Shown here piece by piece: positions 50,161 to 63,152 of a stretch of DNA of 64,000 nucleotides. Origin of the DNA: Chiloscyllium plagiosum (taxonomy: Eukaryota); the NCBI RefSeq assembly GCF_004010195.1, contig NC_057757.1, positions 8,143,051-8,207,050 of the forward strand. The letters are read 5' to 3'. Below the pieces are notes generated by a model that did not search any database, was not told the origin of the DNA, and worked only from the letters and a program-made list of their open reading frames with translations. The translations under genes and the position numbers were made by a program. Within the stretch, counting starts at the first letter, position 1, and the number at the start of each line of letters is the position of its first letter.

Positions 50161-53100
50161 AGATCGAATTTAAGAAAAAGAACCAGTTAATTGGAACACA
50201 TTAAGGCCAGCAGCATGAACCATTTGTCACAGCTGCTGCACATGAGCTGGAGGTTGGCATATAGACACTGCCTTGGCTCGGGGGGAAGAGTCGTTGGATA
50301 ATTTGCACCAAGAGGCCGTCGCAACTTGGAGGGTTAGATTGTCTGATTTTGGTCAGTGCTCAGAGACAGGAGAGTGTGATTACAAGTGAGGTATGGACAG
50401 GGATACAGACAGTAGGAGAGACTTGACTGTGACACCAGAGGAACAGAAAGCCAAACAAGTGGGAGAAACTAAGAGCAATGGAATTGTAGTCAGGGGCTCA
50501 CAGGGATAGACACCCTTTTCTGCAGCACAGGACGTGAGACAAGGAGGATGTGTTCCCCTCCCATGCTGGGGTTCAGGGCCTATGGTCAGGGCTAAAGACA
50601 AGTCTGCAATGGGATGGGCAGGATGCATGTAGGTACAAGCAACATATACCAGGCAAGAAACAAGGTTCAACCTGGTCACTCTCAGGAGCTCAGTGTCGAA
50701 TGAAGAAGCTGAAACCTCAGATATCTGGATTAATATCGATGCCAAGTGTTAATTGGCACAGAGCCAATCAGATTAGAGAGAGACATTGATGGCTCAAAGA
50801 CTGGTGTGGGAGAATTGGGTTTTGGTTCTCTCATCACAGATGCTGCCAGACCTACTGAGGTTATTATCATCCTCACTACCTCTGCCAAATCGAAGTTTCA
50901 TTTCAAAGAAAATGGTGACACTTTTTCTCGGAATTGAATGTCAATCGCAATCGTATATACTAAATAAAACAAGAATAAAATACTGAGCCTTGCAATAAAA
51001 ACAACATGACTTCCTCTCTGCTGTCGGCCAGTTGCAGTGATGTATGATCACAGCACGTTTCTGTCTGAATACGTTCTTTCTCCATAGTGACCTTCTGCCA
51101 TTTATTACAATAGTTTCAGTTTTTATCCTGACTCTCAGGTAATAATTTGTGAAACACTTTGGAAACCGTCCCTTCTTCAATCTTTTCTTTCATCAGGCAC
51201 AGTCACATTTGGTTAGTTTGAAATCCACTCTCCTTAAACAGACCCACCCTTCCCACTTGGATTTGTGTTGATCTGCTCCAGGTTATTCCAAGTGTACACA
51301 GCCCTGGTGTTAACCTGACCTGCCTGTAGTCTCTGGAATGTACGCCTGTACTATTGAGAAAGGTGTCCCAATCTCCAGTTTGTATGGTGGGGCAGGGGGA
51401 CTGGGTTGAGCTGCAGTTTGTGGTTTTATGAAGCAGAAAATAAAACGTGCTGCAGAGTGAGGCACAGAGACGCTGATGACCTCATCAGCTTGAAACTGTT
51501 TTCTTGTTCCTCTTCCTTTAATCAGTGTAGTTTTCAGGGTCTGATTCAGAATTCCTGGAGCTCTGTAACTTGCCTGGAACTGTGTGTTGAAAGGACTATT
51601 GTAATCCACAAGAGGAGTCTTTCCCACTGCACTGCTTCCACGGGCTGGAATGCTGCAGACTGAGCAGAAAATCTCTAATGCAATCCCAAAACCCACTGGG
51701 CCACACTGCTCCTTCTCACTGAATGAAGACACCCACCAGAAGCAAGTTATGTCTCATGTTCAAGACTTGAAACCCTGACTATCACTGAATAAATGCGATA
51801 CTCAGAGAGAGAAATGAAATAAACTTTCTAACTGCTTTATCGCTGTTAAAGATCCGTGTGTCCGAGTTCAAGTCATTTGACTGGGGAATGAGGGTAGCAG
51901 GACACCAGTGAAATGGAGGGAATGGTGGGGGACCTCACTGAGGGGCATCTCTGAAAGTTGGAATCAGAAAGATGCTATTCCGTATTGCAAAAGTTTAAGG
52001 TGAATTCATAGATACATGGAGATGGCAAACAGAAATTATTTCAAGAATGTCTTGTTTAGAATTTGGAGCCATAAAATGAAGAAGTAGTGTCCAAAGGCTT
52101 ATCTCGTTGTAACCCGAGTACGATTGTAAATGGCTGCTCCTCCAGCATATCTGACCCTCTAGGGCACATGTTAAGAAGAACCTCGTGGTTCAGACAAATT
52201 AGCTCCTTACATTTGAAGATTGTTACAGAGTGTCAAACAGACAAGAAATGAAAGACTCTCTGCTGATGCATTTTCAACCTGTNNNNNNNNNNNNNNNNNN
52301 NNNNNNNNNNNNNNNNNNNNNNNNNNNNNNNNNNNNNNNNNNNNNNNNNNNNNNNNNNNNNNNNNNNNNNNNNNNNNNNNNNNNNNNNNNNNNNNNNNNN
52401 NNNNNNNNNNNNNNNNNNNNNNNNNNNNNNNNNNNNNNNNNNNNNNNNNNNNNNNNNNNNNNNNNNNNNNNNNNNNNNNNNNNNNNNNNNNNNNNNNNNN
52501 NNNNNNNNNNNNNNNNNNNNNNNNNNNNNNNNNNNNNNNNNNNNNNNNNNNNNNNNNNNNNNNNNNNNNNNNNNNNNNNNNNNNNNNNNNNNNNNNNNNN
52601 NNNNNNNNNNNNNNNNNNNNNNNNNNNNNNNNNNNNNNNNNNNNNNNNNNNNNNNNNNNNNNNNNNNNNNNNNNNNNNNNNNNNNNNNNNNNNNNNNNNN
52701 NNNNNNNNNNNNNNNNNNNNNNNNNNNNNNNNNNNNNNNNNNNNNNNNNNNNNNNNNNNNNNNNNNNNNNNNNNNNNNNNNNNNNNNNNNNNNNNNNNNN
52801 NNNNNNNNNNNNNNNNNNNNNNNNNNNNNNNNNNNNNNNNNNNNNNNNNNNNNNNNNNNNNNNNNNNNNNNNNNNNNNNNNNNNNNNNNNNNNNNNNNNN
52901 NNNNNNNNNNNNNNNNNNNNNNNNNNNNNNNNNNNNNNNNNNNNNNNNNNNNNNNNNNNNNNNNNNNNNNNNNNNNNNNNNNNNNNNNNNNNNNNNNNNN
53001 NNNNNNNNNNNNNNNNNNNNNNNNNNNNNNNNNNNNNNTGAGGCCTGTGTTTAACTTCCTGCTCAATCTTGTATTTTCTGATGACAGTCGGAGTCCAGTG

Positions 53101-53519
53101 GTAGATTCGAGCATAACTTTATTTTTGTACAACTTCACACTGTTTAGCAGGCACAGCAATAAGGGACAGATTATCTTAAGTTGGCATTTAGAATGTAAGT
53201 GCACATACCCTCAACCCCTGCCCCTGCCCCAACCCCGGGATTACTATTAGTCAGAAGAGCTGAGTTATCGCTTTGAAATTGGCTCTGTAATTGGCGAAAC
53301 AACACTGATGTACAGGCTTGTGGTCCATCCCTGGGGCTTCATGATGTTTTCCAGAATCTAATCTCCTTTCTTGAGACTTTTCACAATGGATACTGCATTC
53401 AAGTAACATGTGCCAACTGTACCATGTTAACTGCCAATTAATTAGGTATTTGCCTATTACTTCTGGAACCTATTAAATTCCTCATTACAGAAAATGTAAA
53501 AGAGTGTTGATTTTTTGAG

Positions 53520-54845
53520 TCATCGAGTCATAGAGATATACAGCATGGAAAAAAAGCATTCGGTCCAACTCGTCCATGCTGACCAAATATCCTAACCTAA
53601 TCTAGTCCCATTTGCCAGCATTTGGCCCATATCGCTCTAAACCCTTCCTTTTCATGTAACCATCCAGATGCCTTTTAAATGCTGTATTTGTGCCAGCCTC
53701 CACCACTTCCTCTGACAGCTCATTTCACACACGCACCACTCTCTGTGTGAAAAAGTTGCCCCTTAGGTCTCTTTTATATTTTACCCCTCTCACCCTAAAC
53801 TCATGCCCTCTAGTTCTGGATTCCCCTGCACCAGGGAAAAGACCTTGTATATTTACCTTATCAATGCCCCTCATGACTTTATAAACATCTATAAGGTCAC
53901 CTCTCAGCCTCCGACACTTCAGCGAAAACAGTCCCAGTTTATTCGGCCTCTCCCTATAGCTCAAGCCCTCGAACCCTGGTAACAAGCTTGTAAATCTTTT
54001 CTGAACCCTTTCACGGACACCCCCACCGATAGGAAGGAGAACAGAATTGCACTCAAATTAACTGATATAATCTCCTGTGCAGCCGCAACATGACCTCTTA
54101 ATTCCTAGATTCAATACTCTGACCAATAAAGGAAAGCATACCAAACACCTTCTTCTATATCCTATCTACCTGCTAAGGAACTATGAACTTGCACTCCAAG
54201 GTCTCTTTGTTCAGCAACACTCCATAGGACCTTACCATAAAGTGTATAAGTCCTGCTCTGATTTGCTTTTCCAAAATGCAGCACCTCTAAATAATACTCC
54301 ATCTATCACTTTTCAGCCCATTGGCCCACCTGAACAAAATCCCGTTGAAATCTGAGGTAACCTTCTTCATTACCCAGTCTACCTCCAATTTTGGTGTCAT
54401 CTGCAAACTTGCTAACTAATACCCCCTAATACATCCAAATCATTTATATAAATGACGAAAAGCAGTGGACCCAGCACTGATTCTTGCGGCACACCACTGG
54501 TCATAGGTCTCCAGTCTGAAAAGCAACCCTCCACCACCACCCTCTGTCTTCTACCTTCGAGCCAGTTCTGTATCCAAGCCTAATGCTCCCTGTATTCGAT
54601 GAGACCTAACCTTGTTAACCAGTCTGCCATGGGGAACCTTGTCGAATGCCTTACTGATGTACATATAGATCACATCTACTGCTCTGCCCTCGTAAATCCT
54701 CTTAGTTACTTCTTCAAAAAACTCAATTAAGTTTGTGAGACATGATTTCCCACGCACAAAGCCATGTTGACAATCCCTAATCAGTCCTTGCCTTTCCAAA
54801 TACATGTACATCCTGTCCCTCAAGATTCCCTCCAACAACTTGCCC
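53520..54845 (-). mobile_element. CR1/HER1-type LINE (RT to 3' tail)
   Basis: QHGFVRGKSCLTNLIEFFEEVT...KAFDKVPHGRL; LFSLKCRRLRGDLI; absent from the paralogous left block. Confidence 0.9.
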
Positions 54846-55384
54846 CTAGGCCCAACATTCCTCAGCTCCTTCATCAATGATCTTTCCTCTCTCATAAGGT
54901 CAGAAGTGGGAATGTTCGTCGATAATTGTATAGTGTTCCCCTCTCCTTTTCCGAGGTGTCTGAATGTCAGCATTTTGATACCTTCCACTCCAGCTCACTA
55001 TCACTGTTTTAAAGTTAATTTCTCGAGGGATCATGTGTTAGTGTCTTATCATTTAAACTATGTTTTTATGCTCTTCCAAGCCCCACTCATCTGTTTGTCA
55101 CAGTCTGTCATTTTCCCTGGAGCAAATGGATCATAGCTGCCTTCTCCTGACCAGGGGGATGTCTCCTCCAGGATTCAGGCAGTAGCCGCAGCAGCAGTGG
55201 GTGATGTTTGGCGGGAAGAATCGATAAAGAGACTTAAATTTAAATAGCGAGATGTGTCAGAACTGTTTGAGCTTCTGTGTGTAAAATTTACAGACTCCCA
55301 GAGGGGGATGATGCTGTGACTGTCTGTGTGTATGTGACTGTATTTAGCACTTACTCTCCCCAGCAGAGGGGGATATTGCTGTGA

Positions 55385-55522
55385 TTGCTTGTGTGTCTGC
55401 GTATGTGTGTCTGTCTGTGTGTGTGTGTGTGTGTCTGTGTGTCTCTGTATGTGTGTGTGTCTCTATGTGCCTGTGTGTGTGTGTGTCTGTGTTTGTGTGT
55501 GCACGTGTGTTTGTTTGTCTGT
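55385..55522 (+). repeat. (TG)n-rich microsatellite
   Basis: Direct inspection. Confidence 0.9.
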
Positions 55523-55799
55523 CTTTAACATTGACAGTCCCCAGCTGTGACTGTCTGTCTGTGAGGGAGTGATTTCACAGAGTCCAGCAGAAGAATATTC
55601 CTGTTGGTGCTGTGTGTGCAGAAACTGACACTGTCCAATTTATAAACTTCACCAACACAATTTGTGCCAAGCAGCAATTTACTAACATTGGCTGTGTAAA
55701 CCGTTGGTGAAAATGTGGAACCGCATTGTCATGTTTCTTGTTGCTGGGAACAAAGTATATTTGTTTCATAATCTTATGTTCAATTCTGTCATAAACCCA

Positions 55800-56022
55800 G
55801 AGTCACAGAGATATAAAGCACAGAACCGGACCCTTCAATCCAACCTGGCCATGCCAACCAGATATCCGAAATAAATCTAGTCCCATTTGCCACCATTTTG
55901 CTCATAGGCCTCCAAACCCTTTCTGTTCATATACCTACCCAGATGCTTTTTAAATGTTATACCAAATTCCACCACCTTCTCTGGCAGCTCATTCCATTCA
56001 CGCACCACCCTCTGCGTGAAAT
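55800..56022 (-). mobile_element. CR1 3' tail fragment
   Basis: atctagtcccatttgccacca...ggcagctcattccattcacgcaccaccctctgcgtgaaa. Confidence 0.75.
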
Positions 56023-56364
56023 CTGCTAACTGTTTTCAGCCTTTATTAAACTGATGTGCGGTCTCAGGGGAAATAACTCAAATGGTCTCTCTTTTTAGCT
56101 GCCATGGATTCTTTGACTACCTTACCTCAAGGCAGCTTCAGCTGAGGAGGTGAAGGACTAGGAAAGGAAGAAAAGGTTGTTCTCCCCCCTCGATTAGTTA
56201 GTCACCCCCAGAAGAGATTTAACACTGACACATCTTTCCACTGTTTGTTTTAAGTTTGGTCAATGCTGATTACAATGGATTATTGTTAACCTTTTCCTGA
56301 TTTCTTATGTCTGATGACCAATATGGAAATGTGCAGCTTTTTTGCACCAGAGAGAGAGCAGAAT

Positions 56365-57145
56365 GAATAACTCTGGTATTATCCACAGTGTTCTCCAAAG
56401 AGCTGTGTTAAATATCACAGATTGGCATCATGTCTGTGTTGCTGCTGTTATTTGTGACAGATACTCCCCTCCCTCTTATCGAATCATAAATTCCCCACAG
56501 TGTGGAAAAAGGCCCTTCGGCCCAACATGTCCACACCAACCCTCCAAAGAGGAACCCACCAAGACCCATTCCCCCCATCTAATACACCTGACCTACGCAT
56601 CCCAAAGTACTATGGGCAATTTACCATGGCAAATCCATCTAACATGTTCATCTTTGGATTGTGGGAGGAGACTGGAGAAAACCCAGGGGAGGATATGCAA
56701 ATTCCACACAGTCACCTGAGGCTGGAATCGAACCTGGGACCCTGGTGTTGTGAGGCAGCAGTGGTAACCACTGAGCCACCATGGCACCCCATCTTGATTC
56801 CGTCCCAGCCCGTCTGCCTGTGCAGTCACATTGATCCACCAGCAGAGGGTGGCATCGCATCACATTCATCACAAGAGACAGAAACAGGGACAGGGACTTT
56901 GACCCTGTTTTAGTTCATCCCCACCTTCCCAGATAAAATATTCCCAATTATAGGGGGGAGCTGCTTCCGAAACTTATTTATATAACCCGGTGTTTGTGTG
57001 TTTGGGACTGTATCGAATTTGTAAGATGATTTTTGCCTGAGCATTTAGGTTTGCGAGTGACAGAATGTGTGTGATTTTGTGTGAGTGTTTTTGTTTCAGT
57101 GTCTGCCACAGTGTCCGAGGGTTTACTTGTGTTGGTGTGTGTACG
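56365..57145 (+). repeat. Left arm of a diverged inverted repeat (partner 59525-60020); contains a V-SINE on the - strand at about 56497-56787
   Basis: For example ttgatccaccagcagagggtggcatcgcatcacattcatc versus the reverse complement of 59797-59836; agagctgtgttaaatatcaca versus 59963-59983. Confidence 0.8.
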
Positions 57146-57169
57146 TGTGTGTGATAGATGGAGTTTGAG

Positions 57170-57775
57170 GCCCTAAACCTACGCCCTCTAATTTTGGACT
57201 CTTCCACCACAACGGAACAGATCTTGTCTAATTATCCTATCCATACCTTTAATGATTTTATAAAACTCTTTGAGGTCACTCCAGGGAAAATAGTCCCAAT
57301 CTATTCAGCCTCTCTCTATAGCTTAAAACTCCAACCCCAGCAACATAATTTAAAATCTTTTCTAAACCCTTTCAAGTTTCATACCATTTTGCCTATAGCA
57401 GGGAGACCAGAATTACACACAGTATTCCAGTAATGGCCGAACCAATGTCCTGTGCAGCTGCAATATAACCTCCCAACTCCTATGCTCAGTGCTCTGCCCA
57501 CTAAAGGGAAGCATACCAAATGCTTTCTTCACAACCCTATCTACCTGTGATTCCACTTTCAAGGAACCATGAACCTGTACTTTGTTCAGCAACACTCCTC
57601 AGAACCTTACCATTAAGTGTATAAGTCCTGCTCTGATTTGCTTTTCAAAAATGCAACACCTCACATTCATCTAAATTAAATCCTATTTGCCAATCCTTGG
57701 CCCATTGGCCAATCTGATCATGATCCCGTTGTACTCTGAGGTAACCATCTGTGCTGTCCATGACACCTCCAATTC
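57170..57775 (-). mobile_element. CR1 fragment
   Basis: VHGSLKVESQVDRVVKKAFGML...LVRPLLEYCV. Confidence 0.85.
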
Positions 57776-58056
57776 AATTTCTGTTCAATTCTGCAATAAT
57801 CTTCCCTTCATTTGTATAAATCTTGTGTGAAATTGTAAATCCAGCCTTGTTAATTGTATAATGCATTATCATCATTTGTATAAATCCCAGGATCATTAAG
57901 CTTGCTGACTAAATATTTACCTTAGTTTTATTAAATTTGTGCAGAAATCTTGTGTTCATTTGTGCAGTACTCTTGTATACATTAGTACAAACATCTTGTG
58001 TTCTTTGGTGGCATAAACTGGCACTAATTTGTCCAAAGATCTTGTGTTAATTTGAG

Positions 58057-58263
58057 CTGGAACTGTATGTTCTGGCTGCTCCTGCTTTGTGCCTGTGTGT
58101 ATTCCAAGTCTGGGTGCAATGGGGGTGGGTGGACAGACAGGGTTAGACCTGGGCTAAACCACTGGAACTGTATGTTCTGGCTGCTCCTGCTTTGTGTCTG
58201 TGTGTATTCCAAGTCTGGGTGCAATGGGTGGACAGACAGGGTTAGACCTGGGCTAAACCACTG
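58057..58263 (+). repeat. Two-copy tandem duplication (105 and 99 bp)
   Basis: ctggaactgtatgttctggctgctcc...gggctaaacca occurs twice; the second copy has a 6-bp deletion. Confidence 0.95.
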
Positions 58264-58604
58264 ACCTGTTCCTTTTTCCCACACATCCCTCTAATTTCAC
58301 AAAGATGAGTGTTGGTATGTTCTATACCTGGGGGAGGTGAGCTGGGACAACGCCACCTCCCAACATTTCTTATGAAGAAATTATGCTCAAAAAGTCGACT
58401 CTCCTGCTCCTCGGATGCTGCCTGACCAGCTGTGATTTTCCAGCACCACACATTTTGAGAGGGAGCTGAGGGCTGACTACATGAACTGGGATTTGGAATG
58501 AGATAGATTTTGAGTGAGGGAGCCTTGGGGTATTTAAGTCGAACATTAGCCTTTTACCATGCGGACTGGCCAGATGTGATTATCTTAGACTGTGAGACCT
58601 AGTA

Positions 58605-58940
58605 CTGGACTTCTCCAACATGAGAACATTCTTCCCACATCCACCCTGTCCAGTCCCATCAAGATTTGATGGTTCTATGAGATGCCCCCTCATTCTTGTA
58701 AATTCCAGTGAGTACAAAACCAGTCGATCCAGTCTTTCCTCATATGTCAATCCTCCCATCTTGGGAATCAGTCTGGTGAACCTTCGCTAGACTCTCTCAA
58801 TAACAAGACTGTCCTTCCTCAGACTAGGAGACTAAAACTGCGCATAATACCCAAGGAGTGTGGTCTCACCAAGGCTCTGTCTAACTGCAGCAAGATATGC
58901 CTACTCCTATATTCAAACCCTCTATGAAAGCCAGCTTGCC
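58605..58940 (-). mobile_element. CR1 3' fragment
   Basis: Similar to the 30950-31260 CR1 fragment. Confidence 0.7.
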
Positions 58941-59039
58941 TTATTCAAACATATGTGTAGGTGTGTGTGCATACGTATAGGTATGTGTGGGTTGGTCAGA
59001 CTGTATTTTTTATTGTGTGTGTCTCTTTGCATATGTCTC

Positions 59040-59520
59040 TGAGAGACCCCATACACTCTCACATACTCTCCCACTCACACACCCGTACTTCATACATGCA
59101 CTCACTCTGTTGACACACTCGAACATCTTCAAAGCCCTCACTCTCACCTATTTACACAAATACTCTCACAATCATACATTCTTACAAGTTCACTCCCTAA
59201 TGCAGTTTTGTGCACACATCAAACCACACTGTCAGGCAACCTCTCTCTCTCTCTCTCTCTCACTGGCAGAGAAACAGACATGCAGCCACAATCACACTCA
59301 TACATACACTCGCACTCTCGCATGCCATTACACATGTACACACTCAACCTCACAAACACACTCACAACCTCACACACATGCACACTTCCAATCTTGCACT
59401 CACAACCTCACATTCACATTTGCAACCACACACACACTTGCACATACACACACATGTTCGCATATACGCACATACACATGTGCACACACACATAGGGCCT
59501 CACACTGCATCTACCACAAT
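59040..59520 (+). repeat. (CA)/(CT)-rich low-complexity tract
   Basis: Direct inspection; source of spurious His/Thr-rich ORFs. Confidence 0.9.
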
Positions 59521-59524
59521 CACG

Positions 59525-60020
59525 GACACTCTCCAACACATTTAAACCCTCACACACTCCGGCAGACGCTGAAACAAACAAACTCACATCAGCTCACACA
59601 TGTTTTCTCACTCAAATACCTGAACGCTCAGACACAAAAATCTTTACAAACTCACATACAGTCCCTTACACACAAACACAGAGTCACGTATACATGTTTA
59701 AGGAGCAGCTGTCCCCTGTAATGGGGGGTATTTTGAATGGAGAGGTGGGGATGAACTAAAACCCTTCAAAATCCTTCTCCATATTCTGAGTCTTCTGATG
59801 AATGTGATATGATGCTACCCTCTGCTGGTGGATCAATGCGACTGCGCAGGCAGAAATTCTGGGGTTGAATCATCAATGAGTCAGTAAGAGAGAGGGCAGC
59901 ATCACAAAGCATCGATCAAACATAACAGCATCAGCAGCGGTAGCACAGACACGATGCTAATGTGTGATGTTTAACACAGCTCTTTAAGATAAAATACTGT
60001 GGATAATGCCAGAGCTATTA
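59525..60020 (-). repeat. Right arm of the inverted repeat (partner 56365-57145)
   Basis: Colinear reverse-complement similarity across about 500 bp once the SINE in the left arm is removed. Confidence 0.8.
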
Positions 60021-60767
60021 ATAATACCAGGAAAACCTCACCCATATAGGACTGTTCCAGTTCTAATCGGAAAGAGTACATCCTTGTGGGATGGGCTATT
60101 GGGGAACCAGGCGGGCAGCCTCAGTATGCATTGACAAGCTGGACAGACACTGTCGGGAGATGCAAGCAGCAGTCCATGCCCTGTAAGCCTGCAACACTGA
60201 GCAATGTACATTGGGCACGAGTAGGAAGTGTTCAACATGCCAAGACCAAATACAATCCCGAGGGAACCTGGCCTCTGACCACAATGGGATAATGTGCACC
60301 TTCGGGGTCCTTTCACCCCAAAGAGACCCCACATTGACACATCTACAGCCGCCCACAGTTGGGGAGCCCCCAGCCTTTCTCCCAAGGGAGCACACCTTTA
60401 GCACACACCCCTGACTCACAGCTGATAGAAGATCCCATGAATCCTGTGGTTACCCAGTGTCAAACAGCGAATGGTCATACACTGTACACAGCCCCCATTG
60501 CAGCCACCCAGCTGGTGGGCAACACCAAAAAGGGGATTCTCTTTGATTCCACCTCAGACCCAGACCCTTTTTGGATGAGATCTCCGGACAGTCTGTCATA
60601 CACGGACTGGACGCTGAAGAACAAACCAAATTAATCTCAAGGGTGCTTTAGTTCAGGGGGCCATTCAGATATCCCCAAGGACCCAACAGCTCGGGGGAGA
60701 GAGACCCTTGATGAAATGAAGCCAGTGGTCTTCACTGCAGTAGGGCAGCATAAGACAGACTCCATTG

Positions 60768-61112
60768 AGGCACAGTGGCTCAATGGTTAGCTCTGCAACC
60801 GCACAGTGCCAGGGACCAGAGTTTGATTCTAGTCTGGGGCAACTGTCTATGTGGAGTTTGCACATTCTCCCCATGTCTGCATGTGTTTCCTCCGGGTGCT
60901 CTGGTTTCCTCCCACAGTCCAAAAGTGTGCAGGTCAGGTGAAATGGCCAAGCTAAGTTGCCCCTAGTGTTCAGGGATGTGTAGCTTAGCTGCATTAGTCA
61001 GGGGAAGTGTTGGGTTATAAGGTAAGGGATGAGTCTGGGCGGGATACTCTTTGGAGGGTCGGTATGGACTTGTTGGGCCAACTGGCCTGTTTCCACACTA
61101 TCGGGGTTCTAT
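60768..61112 (+). mobile_element. Full-length V-SINE/HE1-type tRNA-derived SINE
   Basis: ggcacagtggctcaatggttagctctgc head, V-domain-like core, gcctgtttccacact tail. Confidence 0.85.
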
Positions 61113-61431
61113 GAAATAATTTTTCAAAAATCACACAACACCAGGTTCTAGTCCAACAGGTTGAACTAGTCCACCCCGATTCAATACCAGCACCTTCACA
61201 TCATGAAATAGGGTGTGATCTCGGGATGGGGCTCATGGTGTTTGAGTGGACAGCGTTATTGCTAGTAGATTCCAGATTCTGTCTTTGTTAGTTTATTATC
61301 ATGTAACCCCCCTCTGTAATCAGGATTACACTTGTTATTGTAATGGGTTTGTTCATTTCCAGAAATGTGAAAAACAGCAGCAAAGCCGAGCAATGCTGTC
61401 ACCTCGATCTCCCCAAGGAGCTTCCACACAG

Positions 61432-61437
61432 TATAAG
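61432..61437 (+). promoter_or_regulatory. TATA-like TATAAG upstream of gene E
   Basis: Conserved with the gene C promoter; about 90 bp upstream of the ATG. Confidence 0.45.
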
Positions 61438-61524
61438 GCAGCGTCTCTGGGAATGCATCAGCTCAGAGTTTCAAACAAGGAGCTTGTCAGCTGCCTGAAG
61501 GGACAGATCCCCTCACACAGAAAA

Positions 61525-61591
61525 ATGCTTCAACCAATTGATCACGTGAAGAAGGTGTTCTACTCAATCCTTGCTTTTATTGGCATTCCAG
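61525..61591 (+). CDS. GPR139-like: GPR139-like receptor E, coding exon 1 (MLQPIDHVKKVFYSILAFIGIP plus G)
   Basis: AAAATGC start; donor G|GTATGG at 61592; paralog of exon 1 of C and D. Confidence 0.9.
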
Positions 61592-63152
61592 GTATGGCAT
61601 TGTGACAATTGAAGTTGTTTTAATCTGCTGCTGATCTGCTCTTTGGTTTTACCATTTGAACAATAACATCTCCAGCTCATTGACTGGTCAGCCTTATCCA
61701 GACCCCGGGACAGTGACAGCAGTTCACTGAGCAGCATTTTCGGTACAATTCTCCACTGACATAGACTCCCAACTTCACTGCTGCTGCAGCATTTTCTGGT
61801 CTCAGCGTTCTGTGATCTGTTCCAGTTTCATGTGGTTTGAAGGCGTGAGGAGAGATCAGGCAGGTTAGTTCTGAAGAAGGGTCACTGCACCCGAGACATT
61901 AACTCTGTGGTCTCTCCCCCAGATGCTGCCAGACGTAATGAGCAATTTCTAGTTTTGTTATGCAAGTGAGGCATATTATCAGCAGAGGTTTGAAGGTTAA
62001 GACGTGATCTGTGCGATTTTCTACAAGATATTGCTCAGAAACAACAGGACAGATAAAGATAAACAGTTTCCATTCACACCTAGTTCCACGAGAATTTTAA
62101 AGCTTTAAGAGGCGATTTCAGCAAAATCATGCAAGATATTGAAAGGAAAAGGCAGGCTAGGATTAACAATTGCCTTTGGTTGGGCATTCTAGCACGAGGG
62201 AGCATAGTCTGACAATGAGGTCCTGTGTGCTTATGAGAGATGTTCGGAAGCACTTCTACACACAATGGGTGGGAGAGCTTTGGAAATATCTTCCACAAAT
62301 GGCAATGGGTACTGGAGCAGTTGGTCAGTTTGAATGAGGTAAGTCTTTTTTATGAAGAAAAGGAATTGAGTGGTATGGACCTGTTTTGAATTTTAAAAGC
62401 TTCATGTAACTATCATCCCTTCTGGAAATTCTTTGCTCATCACCATCTCTGGTCAGGATGTTCAAATCAAGACAGATTGCCCACCTGATCCCTGCAGGTT
62501 GAGATATTTGTCATGTACATATTAACAATGTAACTATCACAGCAGTCCTAACATCCACATGTTATCACTAAGGGAGCAATGCATACTCTTTTATGCTACG
62601 CTTGTGTAGGACAGAAGGAGTAGTCTTGTTTGAAATCTACTGCAGGTTCTAATGATCTGTTTCCTAGTCATGTTGTGGCTCCTATCAGGTTTTGGTCTAA
62701 TGCTAAGAGCAGGGGATGCTCTCCTTCCTGGAAAAGGGGAGAATTTGGTTTATCAACAGTGCAAGCGCCAGTCCTATATCTGGGTTGGGAGTGAGGTTTA
62801 CTCATGGGGATCTGCACCTGCCAAAGTTGGAGCTGAGAACATTAAGAATCGATGACAGACGTTCAAATAGTCACCTTGCAACCAACCAAAACTACACAAT
62901 CTCTTCTGCTCTCTTAAGAGGGACTGTGGGGTAAGTCTCTTCCAAAATCCATAAACTCTGGAGTGATTAGGCTGGAGGACAGTCTGAGGTGGTTGTGAGA
63001 GTCTTAAAATTTAAACTCACTTGATGCAAAACAATTCAACTTACACGGTGTGCCAGTTCTGATGGTAAAAATGTATTGTTGCTCTCTGGAATAGATAATG
63101 GGAATTTCCAATCAATAATTCACTGTTTTTTTTTCTCATATGTCTCCCACAG

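Noticed and set aside
58987..59721. 244-aa His/Thr-rich ORF
   Set aside because: Translation of CA-rich low-complexity DNA.
61246..61524. N-terminal extension of receptors from upstream in-frame starts (also 39347-39478 and ORF 14142-14489)
   Set aside because: The frame runs through the TATA-like motif and is broken in paralogs. The AAAATGC start is preferred, though the nearer upstream ATG (MHQLRVS...) cannot be excluded without TSS data.
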